A stretch of DNA of 64,000 nt. Source: a virus. Positions 60,045 to 64,000 of this stretch are shown here, piece after piece. The DNA lies in IMG/VR virus record IMGVR_UViG_3300045988_144274, positions 21,807 to 85,806 of that record; one strand, 5' to 3'. Under the pieces are notes generated by a model, which saw only the letters and a program-made list of their open reading frames with translations, searched no databases and was not told the origin of the DNA. The position numbers were made by a program, and so were the translations under genes. Within the stretch, counting starts at the first letter, position 1. Every line of letters starts with the position of its first letter.

Positions 60045-60408
60045 AGCAACTATATTTGGAATGGCTATTTATTTGCTTATTATATTTTGTTTCGCATGGA
60101 ATGGGATATTGGTAACATTTGATGGCTATGTGGTATTATTGGATTACTGTTTATACCGATTGGCTTGCGATGAGGGTCGTTATCATTGTAAGTATGCAAG
60201 AGCAATACCAATTAACCTCATGTTTACTGATACTATTGCTTGTCTTGATGACACATTCAATATTATGCCAACTGCGGAAATATATCTGTTTATCGTATCA
60301 ACTACTTGGATTATCAGTATTGCACTTACTGTCTATCTTGGTATTCGCCATTTCATTAAAGTACGTAGAATTAAAAAACAAAAGAAAAGCTATGGTAACG
60401 AAGAATAA
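60025..60408 (+). CDS. multi-pass membrane protein
   Basis: Several hydrophobic segments. Confidence 0.5.
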   Translation: MEKLIVRATIFGMAIYLLIIFCFAWNGILVTFDGYVVLLDYCLYRLACDEGRYHCKYARAIPINLMFTDTIACLDDTFNIMPTAEIYLFIVSTTWIISIALTVYLGIRHFIKVRRIKKQKKSYGNEE

Positions 60409-60874
60409 CAATAAGATTAGTAAACTAAAAGCAGACGCATACGATCTTTTAAAAGAAGAGGTAAGTAAACTTAGTGGATTGAAGAAGATATTGTTTGATA
60501 CAGTATTTTCACGTCTGTTAGATATACTTTCAGAGGATTGCAGCGAGAATGATGTGGCGCAAGCAATTAATAGTATTGAAAAAGTAAATAGTGAATATGT
60601 TCGAGAAGATGATTTCCTTAATTACGATGGCGCAATGCGACTATTGGGTTATTCTTCTAATAGAGTTGGTTTCTCTAATTTAATGAAGAAGCATGGAATT
60701 AAGCAGCAAGTTTTTAGGAATCAAAAAGTAGGATTTAAGAAGTCCGAAATCCTAGCCTTAAAATCAGAGCTAGAAGCGGAACAAAAAGCTAAGAAAGCAA
60801 AGGAAAAACCTTATAAGCAAAATAAGGCAGTGAACAAGAAACCAAGACTCTCCAATATGGAGAAGATGTACTAA
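60392..60874 (+). CDS. hypothetical protein
   Basis: In-frame ATG at 60392 within track ORF 60119..60874. The upstream part overlaps the membrane-protein gene in another frame. Confidence 0.5.
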   Translation: MVTKNNNKISKLKADAYDLLKEEVSKLSGLKKILFDTVFSRLLDILSEDCSENDVAQAINSIEKVNSEYVREDDFLNYDGAMRLLGYSSNRVGFSNLMKKHGIKQQVFRNQKVGFKKSEILALKSELEAEQKAKKAKEKPYKQNKAVNKKPRLSNMEKMY

Positions 60875-60877
60875 ATA

Positions 60878-60901
60878 AAAGGGAGCAATTAAGCTCCCTT
60901 T
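60878..60901. terminator. bidirectional terminator
   Basis: AAAGGGAGC-loop-GCTCCCTTT between convergent gene ends. Confidence 0.65.
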
Positions 60902-60905
60902 ATTG

Positions 60906-62903
60906 TCATCCTAACCATTTTACTTCAAATGCAAAATCTCCATCATTAACAGTTGAATCGTCTGATAGCCATACATCAAAGCCGTTAGTTATCCATCCTT
61001 TAAAGGTTGCTTTAATTGGCGCATCTGTGGCTCCACTAGCTAAACTAAAACCTATTCCCGTCAACATAACGTATGCATTTGTAGCACTTATATTAAGACT
61101 TTTCCATGAAGTAGGAAAGTTAATTCTATAAACACCTTCTCCTATTCGAGTAGCAGCAGGAAAGGTACTTCCATCAAAAGTTTTTATAGCTTTATAAGTA
61201 GGGGTATTTCCACCCCACACAACGCCATAGGCAATTAATGAAGGTAAAAGTCCCCAATGACCATTTATTTTAGAGTAAGACCCCGATGTATCTATTTTCA
61301 GCCCTGAAAAATCATTCATAACTCCAAAAAATAGATTTTTAATATTAAGCGATGGATTAGGTTGTTTATTTATTGCATAAAAAAGATTGTTTGTAGAAGA
61401 ACCTAATACAATACCATTAGCAAATAAACTAGCTAAATAAGAATCAATAACAAATTCAACATTTAAAGAACTGATTGAAAAACTAGTGACAGATCTATCT
61501 TTTAATATAAGGAATCTAAGAGTATGATAACCTTTTTCTATAGTAGTAGTATTTCTTACAACAAAAGTTCCTGTTCCCGTAACATCTACATTAAATGATG
61601 CTATAACACTGCTATTCTGATAGTTGCTATAAGAAGAATCTGAAAAATTATCAAGATATAGAGTTCCTGAAATGTTACCCGAAGCTGAACTTTCTGAATA
61701 TTGTGAATAATTATAATTAAATTCTACGGAAAGATTCATCAATGTACTAGTATAAAATCCTTCTGTAACAGTCATTTCCGCTCTTGTAACTGTTGCAGCA
61801 AAAGAAAATGGGATATTCTTGATAGTTATAGTTGGAGGAGTACCACCAAAAAAATCGCTTATATCATTTCTATTAGAACCTTCGATAGAAAGGACATTAT
61901 TATTACTATCATCAAAAACTTTAATATCTTGACTAACAGGGCTTATTACTATTCTTTTCCCATCTTTGTTCCCAATAATATTTTCGCCAGCTTCGGTAAC
62001 TTCCCAAACATTATTATTATCTATCTGCAACAAAATAGTCCCTGAAAATTTAGGAGAACCATCTTTAGTCCATGAGAATTTTCCTCTAGCGAAATATCCT
62101 GAACCATCAGGATTAATCTCATATACTATATCATTGTTTTCATCAACAGATATTATTTTCCCATTTACGCTGTAAAATCCTCTATCACCATCAGTGCCGG
62201 GTAAATTTCCTCCTATACGAACTTTTATAGCATTAGACCAATCTTTAGAATACATGTTGGTCATAAGATCTATAGCAGGTTCATCCTCATCTACATGGAG
62301 ATAAAGGGCAGAATGTCTGTTTTTATATTTATCTTGGTGTGACGCATTCCCAAATTGAACAATTTCATCTCCTGCTTGTGGAGCATTTAATACTTCACCC
62401 GTTTCTGCATCTGAATCAAATTCGGTTATAGGAATATTAATATAGTATTGAAAGACGCTTCCAACTTGAACCAAGTATTGTCTATCGCCTTTTAAACATT
62501 GTACAAAATCATATTCTACAATAGAATTTGATTCATCGTCTATTTCCAAGCGGTAACATTGTTCTTGGGTGATAGTTTCCTCTCCATCATTCTCTCTATA
62601 TACGTCTGCTTCAATTATTGTTACAGCCTTTATTTTGGCGTGCCCTTGACTTATTGTTTGCCCTCCCCTAATGGAAGTTATTTGTGATATGATATGTTCA
62701 AAGGTCGTGAATGATTTGCGAACAAGAAGCTCGTCGATTTCAAGTCTCCAAAGATTACTTTTCTTCCACAATTTCCATCCGTACCCATTGAAGCCGGAAA
62801 GAAAATCTTCAACCATAACGGCTGCACCGTCTTTGAGTTTTTTACCTGTGTCCCTTATGGAACACAGGAATCCTGAAAATTTACCATTTGATAGAATTGC
62901 CAT
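60906..62903 (-). CDS. tail fibre / receptor-binding protein candidate
   Basis: 665 aa, beta-rich, S/T/N/G-rich. Followed by a DUF4376-like gene. N-terminal FLSGFNGYGWKLW...LEIDELLVRK pattern seen in Bacteroidota phage fibre proteins (from memory). Confidence 0.5.
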   Translation of the reverse strand: MAILSNGKFSGFLCSIRDTGKKLKDGAAVMVEDFLSGFNGYGWKLWKKSNLWRLEIDELLVRKSFTTFEHIISQITSIRGGQTISQGHAKIKAVTIIEADVYRENDGEETITQEQCYRLEIDDESNSIVEYDFVQCLKGDRQYLVQVGSVFQYYINIPITEFDSDAETGEVLNAPQAGDEIVQFGNASHQDKYKNRHSALYLHVDEDEPAIDLMTNMYSKDWSNAIKVRIGGNLPGTDGDRGFYSVNGKIISVDENNDIVYEINPDGSGYFARGKFSWTKDGSPKFSGTILLQIDNNNVWEVTEAGENIIGNKDGKRIVISPVSQDIKVFDDSNNNVLSIEGSNRNDISDFFGGTPPTITIKNIPFSFAATVTRAEMTVTEGFYTSTLMNLSVEFNYNYSQYSESSASGNISGTLYLDNFSDSSYSNYQNSSVIASFNVDVTGTGTFVVRNTTTIEKGYHTLRFLILKDRSVTSFSISSLNVEFVIDSYLASLFANGIVLGSSTNNLFYAINKQPNPSLNIKNLFFGVMNDFSGLKIDTSGSYSKINGHWGLLPSLIAYGVVWGGNTPTYKAIKTFDGSTFPAATRIGEGVYRINFPTSWKSLNISATNAYVMLTGIGFSLASGATDAPIKATFKGWITNGFDVWLSDDSTVNDGDFAFEVKWLG

Positions 62904-62904
62904 A

Positions 62905-63348
62905 TTACTTTCTATTTTTAAATAAGAACTTCATCCATGAATAATAGTGGCTGTTTTCAAGATAGTTGTCATCTTTCTCTGCCATTCTAGCCTCTTGCTC
63001 AAAAGAGACTTCCCTATAAGCTATACTCTGTTTATCTCCTTTATCCGAAGAGAATAAACCAATACAACGCCTAATAATATATTCCAATCCATACCACACA
63101 TAAAATATAATGGGCGATAAAGCCAAATACCAAGCTGAATAATCCCAAATAAGTAGCCCAATCCAAAGCAATAAGCCGGATGCTACTGTAAGCTCTATCC
63201 ATTGTCTAGCATGAGTACATTCGTGGTTTATCGTTTCTTGTGTCAACTTCTTGTATACAGTCAATACCCAAGCAAATATTGTTATTGTTGAATAACCATC
63301 AAATAAAATAGCTTTAGCTACCTTTGAATCATAAAATACTTTCTTCAT
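62905..63348 (-). CDS. membrane protein with HExxH motif
   Basis: INHECTHARQW motif adjacent to TM segments, then FEQEARMAE. Confidence 0.5.
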   Translation of the reverse strand: MKKVFYDSKVAKAILFDGYSTITIFAWVLTVYKKLTQETINHECTHARQWIELTVASGLLLWIGLLIWDYSAWYLALSPIIFYVWYGLEYIIRRCIGLFSSDKGDKQSIAYREVSFEQEARMAEKDDNYLENSHYYSWMKFLFKNRK

Positions 63349-63877
63349 AATAATTGAATTTCAATTTAGTTGGATAATTCTTTTCGTAATCGTAATCGTC
63401 AGCCTCATCTATATTGGTTATAGCATTTACATTGGCAATATGTCTTTGTGTAACGCTATTACAAGTATCTGCGTATATCTCAATATCATCAAGCATATTT
63501 AAGATAAAATCAACAGGTAATACATACTCTTTCTGATTATACCAAATACTTGATGTCTTAATATTTCTGCTCTTTTTAATCGCAACTGCATTCATTATAG
63601 AGGTTCGTAAATCTTTGCTTAACCAAATACTATCTCCATTGAGCAAGAAACTATTTACATATTCAGATTTATCGTACCTCTGAATATTGTATAATGTATG
63701 CTCTTTTACTTCTTCTAAAGTAAGTACGTGTTCTTGAAGGATAGGACGACCATTTACATCTTCTACTATCTCCTTTCCTTCGCTTTGCCCATCAAGTAAT
63801 GATTGCCAATACTCGTCTGTTATCTCTACCGAACCTTCTATCGGTTCATCGTAAAATCCTTGTTTCCAATATTTCAT
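63329..63877 (-). CDS. DUF4376-like tail-fibre-associated protein
   Basis: The pattern of the central and C-terminal region resembles DUF4376. Sits at the head of the fibre operon. Confidence 0.45.
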   Translation of the reverse strand: MKYWKQGFYDEPIEGSVEITDEYWQSLLDGQSEGKEIVEDVNGRPILQEHVLTLEEVKEHTLYNIQRYDKSEYVNSFLLNGDSIWLSKDLRTSIMNAVAIKKSRNIKTSSIWYNQKEYVLPVDFILNMLDDIEIYADTCNSVTQRHIANVNAITNIDEADDYDYEKNYPTKLKFNYYEESIL

Positions 63878-64000
63878 ATCTCTTTTTTTTTTGTAAAGTT
63901 AATGATTTATTTCAAATTTCTCTCAAAACGGTTATCAAAAGTTCAATAATGGGCTGATGATTCAGTGGGGGAGAGTTGGAGGTTCATCTACAGCTTCGTA

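Noticed and set aside
60119-60391. N-terminal 91 codons of track ORF 60119..60874
   Set aside because: This part overlaps the membrane-protein gene 60025..60408 in another frame and is itself hydrophobic nonsense. The in-frame ATG at 60392 gives a sensible protein.
1-64000. CRISPR arrays, tRNA, tmRNA and rRNA genes
   Set aside because: No regularly spaced direct repeats and no T-loop/acceptor-stem-like sequences (GTTCGAATC-type) were seen in the intergenic regions I read. A tRNAscan-SE/ARAGORN and CRISPR-finder run is still needed to be sure.

Overview
AT-rich, densely packed dsDNA phage or prophage segment. It is most consistent with a siphovirus-like virus of a Bacteroidota host: TAnnTTTG -7 promoter boxes recur in intergenic gaps, lipoproteins are Bacteroidota-style, and DUF3127/DUF4494/TIGR02757-type genes are present. 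A subset of genes nevertheless carries strong AGGAGG ribosome-binding sites. Layout: (i) 1-10.7 kb, plus strand: a tail assembly chaperone pair with a candidate -1 frameshift and a 1933-aa tape measure protein. These are followed by a divergent DnaA-C-like HTH gene and a block of unusual low-complexity proteins. (ii) 10.7-44.0 kb: one long minus-strand array of roughly 85 small genes. Recognisable products are dUTPase, a TIGR02757-like fusion, N6-adenine methyltransferase, RuvC-like resolvase, MBL-fold hydrolase, RecT, KilAC antirepressor, DUF3127 SSB and an SMC/SbcC-like ATPase. The array is interrupted at about 31.1-40.9 kb by an accessory island. The island carries tnpB, a small serine recombinase, a frameshifted Bro-N gene, a lipoprotein/secreted-protein pair behind a riboswitch-like structured leader, and an IS1595-family transposase. 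(iii) 44.0-45.9 kb: an ORF-poor control region at the strand switch, with opposed G-quadruplex motifs, a C9 run and tandem promoter-terminator units. (iv) 45.9-60.9 kb, plus strand: a replication/modification block with C5 methyltransferase, sliding clamp, DUF1376, AEP primase fused to a DnaB-like helicase, HAD hydrolase and DUF3310. (v) 60.9-63.9 kb, minus strand: a tail-fibre module. No rRNA, tRNA or CRISPR array was recognised by eye. All protein calls rest on motif recognition from the translations. All RNA, promoter and terminator calls rest on complementarity and motifs read directly from the sequence, and none was verified computationally.
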